Position numbers and translations under genes: made by a program | Notes under the pieces: model-generated | Seen by the model: only the letters and a program-made list of their open reading frames with translations | What the model was told of the DNA's origin: nothing | Database searches by the model: none | From: Hydrolagus affinis | Taxonomy: Eukaryota | Assembly (NCBI GenBank): GCA_012026655.1 | Contig: JAAILG010000756.1 | Span: forward strand, 1-64,000 | Length of the DNA stretch: 64,000 bases | Direction: 5' to 3' | Shown: piece by piece, positions 25,001 through 38,800 of the stretch | How positions within the stretch are numbered: position 1 is the stretch's first letter | How the letters are laid out: the number at the start of each line of letters is the position of its first letter

Positions 25001-26662
25001 ATGAGAATCCATGCTGCAAAGTCCAATTTAGGGCATTATAAATTCTCTTCCCATTATTCAGAACTAAATTTTTTTTTATATATTTTTTTGACCGGATGGA
25101 TAACAGTTTAGAGCACATACTAACTAACCCAGAAAGATGAACTGAATCTGTGCATGCATGCAGAATTTGGTATCTGTCATCATTCATCATATAGAGGGAT
25201 AAGATAAATTTCACACCATATGCTATTAAACACTGATTCTTGGCAAAAGCCTGGATTTAACCACCACAATATTTTCCCATGAGTCATAATTTAATCCAAA
25301 GATGTTTTCCCAACAAGCAGATAAACTCAAAAAGAAACAGTAATTTGACACTAGAAAGCAAAACCTCAGTCTTCAGGTGCCATGCGATTTTAAAATCCTA
25401 TATAGGACTAAAATTCCTCTAAGTAGGCACACCTCAGAGAATTAAGTACATCTTTTAAAATTAACAACTGAAACAACAAAATCTTTCATCCCACCTAAAG
25501 GAAAAAGTAAGCGAACGTATGTAATATACAAAGTGCATTTGATCAATCTTTGATGGCAATACAAAGGGCTTTACAACGTTTTCAGCTTCTCTTTATACAG
25601 CGTAGTCTAAATATTGCTCCCTGTCTTTCTCTCTCTCTTCCTATAACAAATGAACATTTAGGTAAACTCCAAGGAATCACCAGCCCAGTTTTGCCAGCTG
25701 GATGAGAATGATGCAGCACTCGCTGATATCAAAACAGTGCTTCCTTGTAGCTTCTCCAAGCCTTGATTGTGCGGCTGAGACAAAGGAATGATTCAGCATC
25801 TCTCCTCTCATGTGGTTGCTGGAAACTAAAAACGACTGCTGCAGCTCACTGTCACTGGCCATTAATTTGCTGTCATCAAATAAGGAAGCTCTTAAAATTG
25901 ATTACAGTGAAAGCACTTTGTGCAAAAAGGTGTTTAGTTCAGTAAACAAGAATTACATTGAATGAGGTGGAGGTTCGGTGGGGGGGCCCCATTCATTTAG
26001 TCGCTTGCTATATGTATAATATATACTGTATATAGATAATATATATATTTATAGAGAAGTGTCCAATCCCTATATGCTGGACAGGTGGTTTTTGAATACT
26101 GAAAACATGTTCTGATTGGTTCAGTGACAAGTGTTATGTTTTCTCTTGTTTTTTTAAACAAAACCCTTCCTTCACTTTTGACTTTCAACTTGCCAACCTA
26201 CATAAGTGTTGTGTATAATTAAAAGAAATTACAATGTCAGCTGACAAACGTCAAGCCTATAATTTTAGTGTAATAGTTGAGCAGCTGGCTCTCAGCGTCC
26301 CCAATTCCTTAAGATACAGTAAATTAGCACACACAAAAATCTACAGAGGCACATCATATCTCAAAAAGACATCATGTAAACTGTTAAATCAAATTACTTT
26401 GTCAAACCAACAGCTTTAACTTCTCTTGAACCTGTGCCACTTCTAAATCCATTCCAAGGCATAAACATAATTGTTGATTTTTGTGAAAAATTACGACTGT
26501 TTGCAAAACAATTCCGTAATTTTGTCTTTCATCTTCGTGTTTGGCAGTTTATTTCTGCATAAGTCATCCTGACAGAACCTAAGCAACTCAATTTTCTGCT
26601 TCTGTAGCTAGGCGCATTGCCTTCTACATAGCACTAGCATGAAAAGGCCGTGGCTAAGCTTT

Positions 26663-27071
26663 NNNNNNNNNNNNNNNNNNNNNNNNNNNNNNNNNNNNNN
26701 NNNNNNNNNNNNNNNNNNNNNNNNNNNNNNNNNNNNNNNNNNNNNNNNNNNNNNNNNNNNNNNNNNNNNNNNNNNNNNNNNNNNNNNNNNNNNNNNNNNN
26801 NNNNNNNNNNNNNNNNNNNNNNNNNNNNNNNNNNNNNNNNNNNNNNNNNNNNNNNNNNNNNNNNNNNNNNNNNNNNNNNNNNNNNNNNNNNNNNNCAGGC
26901 ACGGAGTCCGATAAANNNNNNNNNNNNNNNNNNNNNNNNNNNNNNNNNNNNNNNNNNNNNNNNNNNNNNNNNNNNNNNNNNNNNNNNNNNNNNNNNNNNN
27001 NNNNNNNNNNNNNNNNNNNNNNNNNNNNNNNNNNNNNNNNNNNNNNNNNNNNNNNNNNNNNNNNNNNNNNN
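26663..27071. other. N-runs 26663-26895 and 26916-27071 (others at 4902-5034, 42286-42433, 54336-54467)
   Basis: Undetermined bases. Confidence 0.99.
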
Positions 27072-27643
27072 AAATGGGGTTCCATGTAATTAAGTTTGTA
27101 TAAGACCTGAAATCCGTGCAAATACCTTCCCTGAATTTTGAAAGGAAACTGTCAGTTCAATTAATCTGAACATCACCCGAGAATGTACTGAACAAAATTA
27201 AGCTGCAGATAAAACCCAGCCAGTATTTTGATAAGTAATTCCTGTATCATTTCTTTGGTACTGTGATCATTTTATTTAATCCAACCTTCCCCCCCACCCA
27301 CCCCTCCCCCCCATTCCAAGTTATATGTTAAGCCATCTACAAAGGGATGACTTCTGTGACTGCAGTGGCAGTAATCCATCATATCACACATGTAAAATGT
27401 GGAGAAGTGGAGTAAATATTTTTTAAATCGACAAGGGGAGGAGGAGAGAAAACTGCACTATCTTTTGAAATACTACTCTATTTTTTAAACTGAAGCTACA
27501 ATTGGATATCTCCTATCCAGCACACTCCAGTCTGGTATTGCACGTTTGTGCACTAAACAGTTTCATATCTGAGGGGGAAAAAGACTGTGTTATTTACAAA
27601 TCAAAGAGTGCCTCCAGCAGAAAAACAGAGATATGTCACTCAC

Positions 27644-27720
27644 CAGTTGTTCACTTGTAGGATTGTGAGTCCTGTGTCTTGGGCTAACTGTTTCTTCTGC
27701 TCCTCTGATGGGTATGGATG
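27644..27720 (-). CDS. MEIS2: Meis2 coding exon (approx. exon 9): HPYPSEEQKKQLAQDTGLTILQVNNW, TALE PYP loop and helix 2/3
   Basis: Read by hand on the minus strand: CAT CCA TAC CCA TCA GAG GAG CAG ... GTG AAC AAC TG. Acceptor cAG at 27723-27721, donor GTGAGT at 27643-27638. 77 nt. The ORF track shows this region only in another frame. Confidence 0.97.
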
Positions 27721-30700
27721 CTGCACAAATTAAAATGAATAACAAAAATATCAGTAATAGATGTAGAGAGGCATAAAATAAAAATGGTGCTAATTTAATC
27801 CAATCTAAACGACAAAGGCATACCATTTCAATATTTTTTTCCAAAAAATCACGGAGATGGAAGATAATGCTCACTAAATATGGATTTTTAGAAATGAAAT
27901 AAATTATATTGATTTCTAGGTGTTGACACTTTTTTGGATCGGCCTCTAGTCCTTTCGAAAGCCATGTAATTGCAGAAGGCTTTCCTCATCTTACCCTGTC
28001 CACATTAGTAATGACCCCTCGCTACTACTAAACCACTAATAGTTTTCAGCAGAGGCGAAAGAAATGAATAGGATGAATCTAAATTCACAGTTGGTAATTT
28101 GCATTGTGTAAGGCTGCCTCAGCCACTTGGTCTACTCCTGGTCATCAATCGTCCATTGTCAGGTGCTGCACTATGCCACAGTGATAAATACCCTTCCTAA
28201 CACCAGAATTCATCCAAACAATGTAATTGTCTTTTATTTTCTACTCAGTAATGAAGATAATTAATGGTTTAGACAAACAAAAATGATATTTCATCAAGAA
28301 AAGCAGTGGATAAAATCAAAAGGCTTAAGTGAAAAATTTTGATTGACGAAAAATACATATTTCTGAATAATTTATCCATATATCACCACTGTTCTGGACT
28401 GCAGCACCCCACATATTGTTTACTATATATTATTAACATATGTATTTTCACCCATAAATCATCAGTCAATTTTCATTCTCACTCTACTGAAACCCAAGTA
28501 TTCCAGTAAAATGACAGTAGAGATGACAATAAGGTGTTAGTATAAAACCAAGATTAACTGTCGAAGGAAAAGCAACACATCTCCAGGTAATGCATTTATG
28601 TTATGTATATGGCCATTTGAAATCTCTAACCCATTCATTTTCTGGCCTAGCCATCCTGTAGCAATTGAAGTTTCCCAGTGGAATACATGCTAGAATATAG
28701 TAACAATGATGATGGATCACTTCATCATTGTGGAACCAGACTGTGGTGAATTAAGGACACAGGTCATAGGTTTGGCTGTCCTGGAACCACTCTACACTGA
28801 TGAAGCATTCTCGGAGGTGTAAAATAGTAGCTACACAATGTACACATTTAACCAGATATTCATTTACACCTTTTATTGCAGCAAATTTAAACTGAAGTAC
28901 CCACCCTCCGAATCCATTGTCAAGATAATGATGACTTCTAATTAATTAGCATTGATTTTTTTTCTCTGTATTTGATTCAGGATTTTTTCTGCACAGATTT
29001 AATTATTTTGATTCTCAACTGGCTGTGTCAGTTTATGCTTTACAGTTTGTGGATCAGACTATTGCTACTTCCTGACAACAGCCCAAAACAGGCAGGAATG
29101 TTGCATGACTCACTTGGCCTTGCAGGCTTTTACTACTAAACATGGAGAGGTAGCAAAACTCAGACATTCATACTGTAGCAAATAGCTTGACTTGCATGCT
29201 GGCTCAACTATGCTTGCAGGCCACAGAATCACAATTAAGGAAGCTACAATTAATAGCTTTAGCAATTGTGTTGAGAGAGGTGGGGTGAGGTGGGGGGAGA
29301 ACAGTTATCATTTCATACACTTCAAAGGCCATACACAAAACCCAGCAGCAACGTCGCGCTTTTCTGAACAGGGCTCCCGCATAGAATACAGTACTGCCCC
29401 CTCAACAATAGCTGGCTCCTCTCCTGCTCCTGCCAGGCTTCCAGCCAGATGTCTGTTTGCTTTACACCATTAATTTATGTTCACTGAGATGGTGCAAGGT
29501 TCTAGAGCAAGGTTTGCTATCAATTTGCTTTTCAAGTTGAGTCTGTGGCTGGCATACTTTGTGAAAATACCCCTGAGGCTTCATACAGAAAAGTACTATC
29601 AGTACTCATCTATGAGGTTAAGGTGAAATGTTGTCATCCCCCAGTATCATCATGCATGTATAATGAATGTGTGGAGATAAATGTCCAGTTGTTGCCTTAA
29701 CATGTTTTTTAAAAAGTGAAATGTCCACGAAATACAGGAAATAATCTATAAATTACCTGTGTTACCCAGTAGTCATAAATTCATAGAAAATGCATACTTC
29801 ACTCAATCAGCAAGTCCTTTGGATAAACATCAACACCAATTGAATGGCTCGTGCACACATTGTAAACCCGAGAATCTCAACAGAGGCAAATCTGATTAAA
29901 GACAAACCCAGCCATAATTCCCAAAACAAGCAGAGACTTTTGACTAGTCCACAAAATAACTTTTTTTTATATTGAAGATGCGAAAACTATTCACAAATAA
30001 TGTAACAAATGCTGCCAAGTGTAATCTGTAGTGATTTCAGGTGTACCGATCTGTGAAGCTTTTTTTCCAAAAAAAGATTTAGCCAACAGAAACGTCTCCA
30101 CCACCCCCACCCCATGGGGTGTATATACATGGTAAATATAGATTGGTTTTATTTTTAACTTTCCGTCCGGATTATTCCTCTCTACTTATTTTTGTTTTTA
30201 TGATATATACGGTCATTTTTACACGGTGTAATTTTTAGCTTTTTTTGCGTTGCGCTGATATCAAAAATAATGTTGTAAAGATAACATTGCAGAATTTGGC
30301 ATTTTACCACTGATTCACCTGTCCGACAGCTGAAAGCGTAACTCTGACTGGCTGTTCACATCTCTGTTAAGCTTTACGAAGCAGATCAGTATTTTAACTG
30401 ATCCATTTTATCCCCTTTTCCCACACCCCACAAATACTGTAAATTAAACAACCCTCAATTCCACTGATTAGGGAAATGTTGTAAATAATTTTCACAGTAG
30501 AGGGGAAAAATCGCCCTCTGTTCCCTGCTTTCTACAGAAAAACTTTTATGAAAAAAATTGCTCAACAGAAAAAATCTGAATCATAGATCGCAAGCACTGA
30601 TGGCTAAGGTTGACAGTTTCATCCTGTACCCTAAATTACTGGATCAGTGTAACCAGAATTTATGACAGGCAGACACTGGACTTCACATAGCTCACATATT

Positions 30701-32446
30701 AGACCATTAGGCATCTAACTACCTCTGAACAATTTCAATGCATTATCTCTCCTTCTCCCTGGGGCGCAAACTTCACTCTTCCATACTTTTAATATATTTT
30801 GTCTGCATGAAGCAGATCGAGTTATTACATGCCAGAAGAACACAGCAAACACCAGTGTCCTGGTGTAGCAATTGTTATTTCAGCATGCCTACTGCGTGGG
30901 CAGTAAAACAGATAAACACCGACATGGCAAACTTTATTTAGGGATCACAGATTTACTCCTGCCTGTAGCTTAGCAGTTTTTTTTACACAAATTTACAATG
31001 CACCAAATCTTTGCATGAAGTAAATTTCAGTATTTTTGTTTACAAGCCTTGCATCAAAGGAATTCCCAGGTTTTTATTTTGAGGAGAAGCCAATAATGAC
31101 CTCAAACATTAGTGGTTTCCATGCAAATCACCTCCAGTCAGTGGTTACGAGATGTTTTACCAGAAACCTCTGCTGGCAGCTCTTCAAATATAGAACACAA
31201 TAAAAAGAGCATTGATTTGCTGCTAACATAAAGGGATGGAAACAGCATTAGGAAAATATTCAGGTGAAGAGTTTTGGACTTGTAAGGCTCCGTTTTACTC
31301 AAGAGTGCATGTTCAGTGCTGATTCAGTGACAAATTGGCACCAAAAGTGAGGTGTAAAGTATGGTTTTAAAAGCTGTGATTTGATTTTTGGGACTTCTGC
31401 TGAAACCACCTGTGTATCTAATGGTTTCAGTATTGCCTCTGGGGCTGCAGTATAAATCGGGCTTTACTGCACCCAATTTTATTTTAAGATTAACTTTAAA
31501 CTTAAATTAAAATTACATTTGAAAAGTTTTCAGGCAGGCCTTGCTTTGAAGGGTTTTTTTGTTTGGTCCTCGGCCTTTACCACTTCCAGCTCTTCCACAT
31601 TAAAAAAAATTAACTGGCATTCAGTGCTTATTTGTGCAATTCAGCACATGTACAGAGCAATCCTCAGCTCCAGACGGGAGTGAATTGCAACAGGAAATAA
31701 AATTCCGGTTTTGCGGTCTGAATCACTCTTCTGTTGGAAGGGTTATCACATCACTTCTGTAGTTAAAGGGGCATTAGAAACAGACTGATAAAGAAATCTT
31801 TGGGTAAAGATTCTTGTGAGAGTTACACACAACGCCTTTGGTGGTGTGTGATTATAATGGGAAATCCCATTAGTGGTCTACTTTGCCAAAGGCAATGAGC
31901 GTAATACTCATCGGAATTTTCCCCCGTTTCAATCTTCCATTAAGATTATGCACTCACTTTATTTATTAAAAAAAACTCAAACAGAGCTTATTGGATGTGA
32001 ACGTAATGTTCCACCTTGCAATCTGAGTGAGACAACAATTACTATGAACTAATGAAGAGACTGAAAAGGGTTGCTTGCCTTTAAAACCGGTTGGTTGTGG
32101 GATTAAGTCACAGCACTCAAACACACCTTTTACAGTCGGGATTAATTTCATCAAGTTTTACAGTTGACCTCCAAATGAAAGGGCATTTAACCTCTGAGGA
32201 AAGGAAAAAAAACTGGAACCTCTCACCACTATAAGCATATTGAACTCCTTTCAGATTCTTTTTACTATAGTGGAGAAGCCCTAATATTATTATAATAATC
32301 CTTGCATTTAAAATTGACTATCACTCTCTATCAACTAGCAGAGACTAGGTAATACAACAGATCTTGCAGGGGAAACAATTGTCGGAGATTGGTTGGGGAC
32401 TAGCCAAGAATAATAATGTAAGAAGTGATGTGGAGGGCCTGAACTA

Positions 32447-33175
32447 CAATAAATGCCCATTTATCCTGCACCCGCGGGACCTGGCGAATGCCGGTTAAAG
32501 CACCTGCCGGATATTCAGGCAGTCTGCGGCCGAAAACCCACAACAAAAAAAAATTCAGTTCTTTTAACACACACCATCCACACCAGACTAAATAATAACA
32601 GATAATAACGGAATATTGTATTGGACTTATGGTTAAAACTACTCTCTTTTGTTTTTCACCTTTACTGATTTGAGGTTTACAGTCCAGCGATTCTTTTTTA
32701 AATGGAGGATGCCAAGCGGGTGAAAAAAACGGCAGTGCGATTTTAAAGTCTCGAGACTTTACTAGGGGCAAGCCAATAGCCCTACTAGCAGAAAACCAAA
32801 ATACTGCACCTGCGCGACAATGCGGGTTATCAGCTAGCGTTATCAGCTTGCCGCTAGTATGGCTTTAAAATCGCGCTCCGTTTTTTTCACCTGCTTGGGG
32901 TGCTCCATTTTAAAAAGAATCGCTGGACTATAAACCTCAACCGCAGCATCATGGCTTCAAGTGCAGCATCTACTAGTAAAGGTGAGAAGCGCAAGAGAGT
33001 AGTTTTAACAATAAGTACCAATATAATATTCTGTTATTCTGTTATTATTTATGCATTTACAAATGCTCCACTGTTCCGGATAAGTTCCGGTTTATCGAAT
33101 GGGGACTTTTTTTTTGGTGTGCTGGTTATATGGAAGTGCCGGTTCCTCGAGTCATGGATAAAAGGGCTTCTACTG
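32447..33175. mobile_element. Non-autonomous Tigger/pogo (Tc1-mariner superfamily) element with internal fold-back arms
   Basis: Imperfect TIRs CAATAAATGCCCATTTATCC / CAGTAGAAGCCCTTTTATCC (16/20), TA on both flanks (32445-6, 33176-7). Both arms encode the KRKRVVLTI-type N-terminus of Tigger/Jerky CENP-B-like proteins. Confidence 0.8.
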
Positions 33176-35820
33176 TATTTGGGGAGTTCAAAAGCGATTG
33201 TGGAGAGAGTATATTTTTTATACTACCAGGTTGCAAAGTCTGTTTTCTGTAGTGGTGGTATAATCCTACAAAGGAAAACCAGCAAAGGTCAGTTTGTTGA
33301 AAATTTCCAATGGAAAGCCTGTAAAGAGGGTAAAAAAAATTCCAACGACTTTGTCCCAACATGTGACTCAATTTTCTCTGTTCCATGATATTTATCATTA
33401 TTTGTCACTATAACTGGGGAAAACATTCGTGAACATAATTTTTTGAAACTACATTTAATTTGTAATTTCTTGTTATGAGAAACAGTGTCCAATTGATGCC
33501 TGGTTGTCTCATAAATAGGTGCTCAATACCAGATGGTCTAATGGGAGAGGAATAAGCAAAATTATGGCGAGAAAGCATCTGAACCCATTCTTCTAGTAGT
33601 GGGGGAAGGTGTTCGTTTTGTGTAGAGCATGCACCTGGCAGCCCTGTTTGAAGAAGAGTTTCATTATTCAACCTATAGAAGAGGTATATCTTGGACTCCT
33701 CAAATTTTAAAATGGAAGTCTGATCTTATCCTGACAAAGTAATGACGGATCTATTTTCTCTCATTGAGTTTTTGTAGTAAAAATACTACCTCCTTACTCA
33801 GTTTTCTGAAGCTATGAACCACAGGATTCATATTGAGCAAACTTGAATGTCTGAGTGATTTTAGCTGGAAATTGCAAGTTGCCACATGCATTGAACACCT
33901 AATGAATACCTCACTTTAATACCATGAACTAATTTGGGGACAGCTTCTACTTTTAACCCTGAAGAAACTGCTTTTAGTTTGAGGCAGAAAGGGCCAAACC
34001 TAATACAATTTGCATATACAGGGGTTTCTTTCAGGCAACTGAAGAGAATTAAATGTTCTTGCCTATATCAAGCATTTCTGAAAACTGACATTTCTGAATA
34101 CAGACGTAATTTGTTTGGATCTGAACCACAGAAATTAAATCGAATAAACAAGGATAGCTAATCAAACACTGTAATTATTAGTATAATGCATAACTAGCAG
34201 TAGTGTGAATAAATTATCAACATCAAAAATATTTCAGTTAAAATACTCCAGCACTAAGTATTTCTCACTTGGAGAATCAGCATTCGCTTCTTTTCTTTCA
34301 TTAGATTTTTCCCAGTCCAGTCTAACAGGAAGCCTAAAGTGAGGCTGACTCCTCCCTGGAGGTTGCTCATCAGCTAGCTCAGCTTACAGCAATGAAAAAT
34401 TGGTAACACACAAGAGCTCTGACCCTTTAGTTTCTATCAAATTATCTTTTATTATGAAAGGTAATAAAAGAGCAACTGACTATACCCCAGCTAAGACTGC
34501 TGGTCTTTTATGTTTCTTTGTTATTAGCATGACAATACTGATGTTCTACCATTGTGATCATTACCAACTCCAGTAAAGCTGACTAAATTGTTGAGCACAC
34601 CAGCAGGTCATTAGCCCTTGAGCTGGATATATAATAGGTCTGAAACAGATTTGATAAACCTCAAGCTCTATGCTGTTGACAAGTGTCTTCATTCTTTTCA
34701 ACAACTTTCAAAACCATATTGGAAGAATGGAACAAAACCGTCAACAGAGAGCTTGGATGGCATATGCTAAATTCCTGTTGACGAGAGGTGTAAGACAGCT
34801 GTTTTTTTTACTTGACATCAGAATAATTAATGATATAGTCCAGCTATCAACTGCAGACTTTGACCAGCAGGCAATACCTTAAATTCTATCTTCAACCGAG
34901 GCGCCAGTAGTAATTGTCCTCAGCATAATGATCCTTCTTTTATTTTGTTGTAAGAGAAGTGGTTGGTAAAAAGGAAACAGTAATCCAGGTTTCCTCTACT
35001 GACTGCCTGCTGTTGTGGACAGCATCTAATACACTTATAGCTGTGAAAAATTACTGTATAACACAATGTTATGAGACCACTATATGGGATTGCCAGCATT
35101 TTTATTTCCACTCATCGTGGCTAGAGCCATGATCTGACCTGGCTACATGATTAATAGACACGTCTAGTGCTACCAGACAGGCTAGCTACCCATAGTCTTT
35201 CTCCTTGACTACCATAAATGTAGTCATTATTCAAATCCTGAACAAACACCAAAAGGCATTTCAAAACCATAACCTAGAAAATACAACCAGCACCTTTTCT
35301 TTCTGTTTGAAATCTATAAGCTTGATACAAAACTCTTCTGATGCAAATTTTCAAAACTACTGTATCTCAAACACACATAATCCTGAAGCAAACATTAAAA
35401 AAAAACCCTGAGACAATGTGTTACACGCTGTGTGAGCTAAAAATGTTTCAGTATATTAGAGAGGAATCTTTGGGTGGGGATAGAAAGGAGCATTTCTCGC
35501 TATAATGCGGTAGTACTAACTAGCAAACTTGAATTTGAATCCAGTCTTGACTGACATTTGTACTTGGGCTCTCCTAGGGGTGAGTTTGCCAGTCTCAGCC
35601 ACTAGTCAGGAGAAGGGATGCAAAACTGCCTGAAAGGGAATCTTTCCCATGTCGCTCAAGTGCACCTCCTGGCGAATCAGGCAAAGAAAGGCACTGCCTT
35701 CTGTCCTGTGGGTTGCAATAACCCATAGTGACTGAGGGGATATTCAGTGTGTATGAAAAATATGGGAGATTTTTTTTAAAAAAACACACTGAATGCAAGC
35801 AATTTCGTCCCCCCCGTGTG

Positions 35821-35883
35821 AGTTTGTGCTTTGGGACGTCCTCCTGACACGAAAGGTGCTATACAAGTATAATTTTGTTGTTG
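35821..35883 (+). mobile_element. L2/SINE 3' tail
   Basis: gtgctttgggacgtcctcctgacacgaaaggtgctatacaagtataattttgttgttg, homologous to 14895-14953. Confidence 0.6.
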
Positions 35884-38800
35884 CGGTTGTGCAATTTTTT
35901 TTAAAAGTTGCCTTGTAATCATATTATCATATAATAATATGATTGTATCATATAATTGTGTAGGGGAATTTACAATGACGGAATGCTGTGTGGAAGAAAG
36001 TTTATTGCAATTTGCCCTCTAAAAATCTTAAACCATTTCAAACCAATAGAAATCATAGAAAAGAAGCACCTAGGCCTGATAAAACCTAATGCCTGATAAA
36101 CCCTTCCCCTCCCCCGCTCATTGAGTTCTCTGCTTGACCCTGGTCACTCGCTGCTGTAATAGGATATCACAGAGATTCTCCCCTGGAATCCTCAATCACC
36201 ACCTGAAACACCATTCATAGACACTGCTCAATATCTCAGTAGCTGCAGAAACTTGGATATGCACACAGCATTCATTTACTGTCCATCAACTCAAATGCTC
36301 AATGTGTCACTAGACTACTGTGTGTCTAACAAAGCTAGCCATAGCAAGAGAAAGTATAAATTACAGTAGCTTGTGTTTACCTGGATGCAAGCAATATCTG
36401 CATTTTCTGCCTGATTTTCTCTCTCAAAACAAACTGAATAGGGCACGCACCAGGATACTGAGGATAGAGAATTGTTCAACCCTACCTCGGCAGGCCATGA
36501 CTTTCTGTCTTCATGTAAATCAGTGCCTGTCACTGCATGCATGATTCACTGCTCAGAGTGTACTGTTCTGTGACGAATGAGTCCCGCTTAATTTGGCAGT
36601 GATTATGCAGGTTGCTAGCCTTCTAAACCCCTTTGAACTTGTAATTGCTGCTGGTTTAAATAATGAACATTAAGGGGGAACTCAGAAAAGTGTGGATAAT
36701 TACAGGGTTTTTTTCTTTACTGGCAAAGGGTTGCTGAGGCCACTGTGAACGGTGTCATAGAAGCCTGTGCAAGCTTGCTTTTGACATCAGAAAATCTAAA
36801 CGGACCCAAAGAAAGGAGGGGCGAAGGCACCAATGAATATTCATAGTCGCTACCTCTGTGGTAGTTAGCTTCCCACTTTGTGCTTTTCTGATCAGTTTAC
36901 AATTATGCATACACAAAGGAGAATGGTTTAGCAGTTACACTGTATCAAAAATTATATCATGGTTATAATCACTTTTTTCAATGGCTGTGGCCTCCAAAGG
37001 TTACGTGAAGCCAGTGTTGAATGACATCCCCTCCATTATCACAACCAATGTAATGTACTCCCTAATCAAAAAAATGTTTAAATGTAACAGGCAGCATTTC
37101 ATTTTCAAGCCAAATGGTAACGATTTGTAACAGCACCAGTAAATCAAACATTATACAGTCTCTGTGTCTGTTTTTGATTTTTCTACTTTTTTTGTTCCTT
37201 GTCTATTTGCACTTTTGCTCTGGATTTTCTTTACCCTGGTGTGAGACGAATATCAAAGACCTGTGCTGTTTGTAGGCCTCCAGCACATAACAACATCTCA
37301 ATGGTACATTTTTAGAACCTGCGTCACAACATGGCAGCCTATGATTAATGGCAACTACATTGAAAGCAGCAGCTCGTCAACAACGCCCTCCAGCAGCGCT
37401 GAAAAAACTCCGCAATCCTGCTCTGCGAAGGCTGGCGCAGCCACAATACCCCTCATCACTTGCAACTCTTGACACCAAACTGAGGCAGAAATCAATTGTT
37501 GCAGAATTTGCTGTAAACTTACAACAATGTTTGGTTTCATCATCAAACTTGTCTCCTTGCAATATAATGAACAATCAAATAACACCTTGAGTACGAGTTC
37601 AACTATCGCAAAAGGGCAACACGATTAAGAGTTTATGTGTTCAATAGTGTAAAACAGAATATTTTTATGATGATTTTCTAACTATATATACTCCAACACA
37701 ATGGGGTTTAAATTTTTTCCAGACAGAATTGCAATTTGCTAGGTATTACATGGTACGTTAGTTAGATCACTAACATTAGTTTGTTTTTTTTAATGTGCGA
37801 ATTGGGGAGTTTTGGAGAATTAAACAGAAGGTTATAATGTTTTTCTGCACATCAAATTGGGAACTAATGCAGTACCTAATAATATTTATTGTAAAAATGT
37901 ATTTGGCTTCATAAAGCTAATCACCTTGCAGATGTATATAAAAAGGATTGCATCTTCATTTTTTTGCCATCTGAAATAATGATTCATTCACACAGATTCT
38001 TTAAAAACTGAAAAGCATATGAAAAATAGACATAAGAACTGTCTACACTGAATATATACATGAACACTTGTTTGGAGGAACAGCGTCTTCAAAGTGTACA
38101 TAAAATCACAAAAAGGGATTACTGTACAACATTGATCATTTATTAAACACTAAATGGTAGCAATAGATACTGTAAGCCATAATTTTAAATCTCTCAAAAA
38201 CCACACTGCAAAAAAGGTATCATCCCTTGATACCATCCCTTGCTCAGAAGTTTCCCATTCTATTCTTTGAGCGTTATAGATAAAGTCATCAATAAGCACT
38301 GTGTTTGAGTTCTAGTAGTTCAAAAATATTTATGCTCTTTAAAGTGTAGCTAAGCTGGATTTGGGATTTACCTACGGTAGCACTTTATATAGAAGGTGAT
38401 CTGTAAAGCATGAGACATCTTAAGGTAAATGAAAAATAAATGCTGAAGACTTGTTAATATTTCTAGCAGTATTATAATTCCAGCTACTGCCTATCATTTT
38501 CTACTTGTCACTCGCCATATGAATCATTTGTTCATTAGAAATTAGGCTAAAGCTTTAGCCATTTCAGATTCTGTCAGTAAATCTACAATGAACCAGCTAT
38601 TATTCTCAGAATGTATATTTACACCTTTGTTGTGGTTTACATCTCAATACTAGGATTAGACTTGAATGTAATGCCAAGAAAATTTTTACTTGGGATCCAC
38701 ATTTATATTGCATTGATGGTATAAACCTATTGGTTTGTCCCCATTAATGAGGCAAAACATTTTTTCTTGGGGCAAAAAGCACTTTGGATAAGGAAGGTGA

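Noticed and set aside
26639-27121. Long ORFs containing X runs (also 41977-42529 and 54242-54481)
   Set aside because: Artefacts of translating N-runs.
27590-27874. 94-aa ORF over the homeodomain exon
   Set aside because: Wrong frame; the real exon is 27644-27720.
28703-28731. 10-bp perfect hairpin ACAATGATGA/TCATCATTGT
   Set aside because: Too short for a pre-miRNA and expected occasionally by chance in 64 kb.
32900-33388. 162-aa ORF as a Jerky/TIGD-like gene
   Set aside because: Only about 22 aa resemble the transposase N-terminus; the rest is unrelated and crosses the element boundary.
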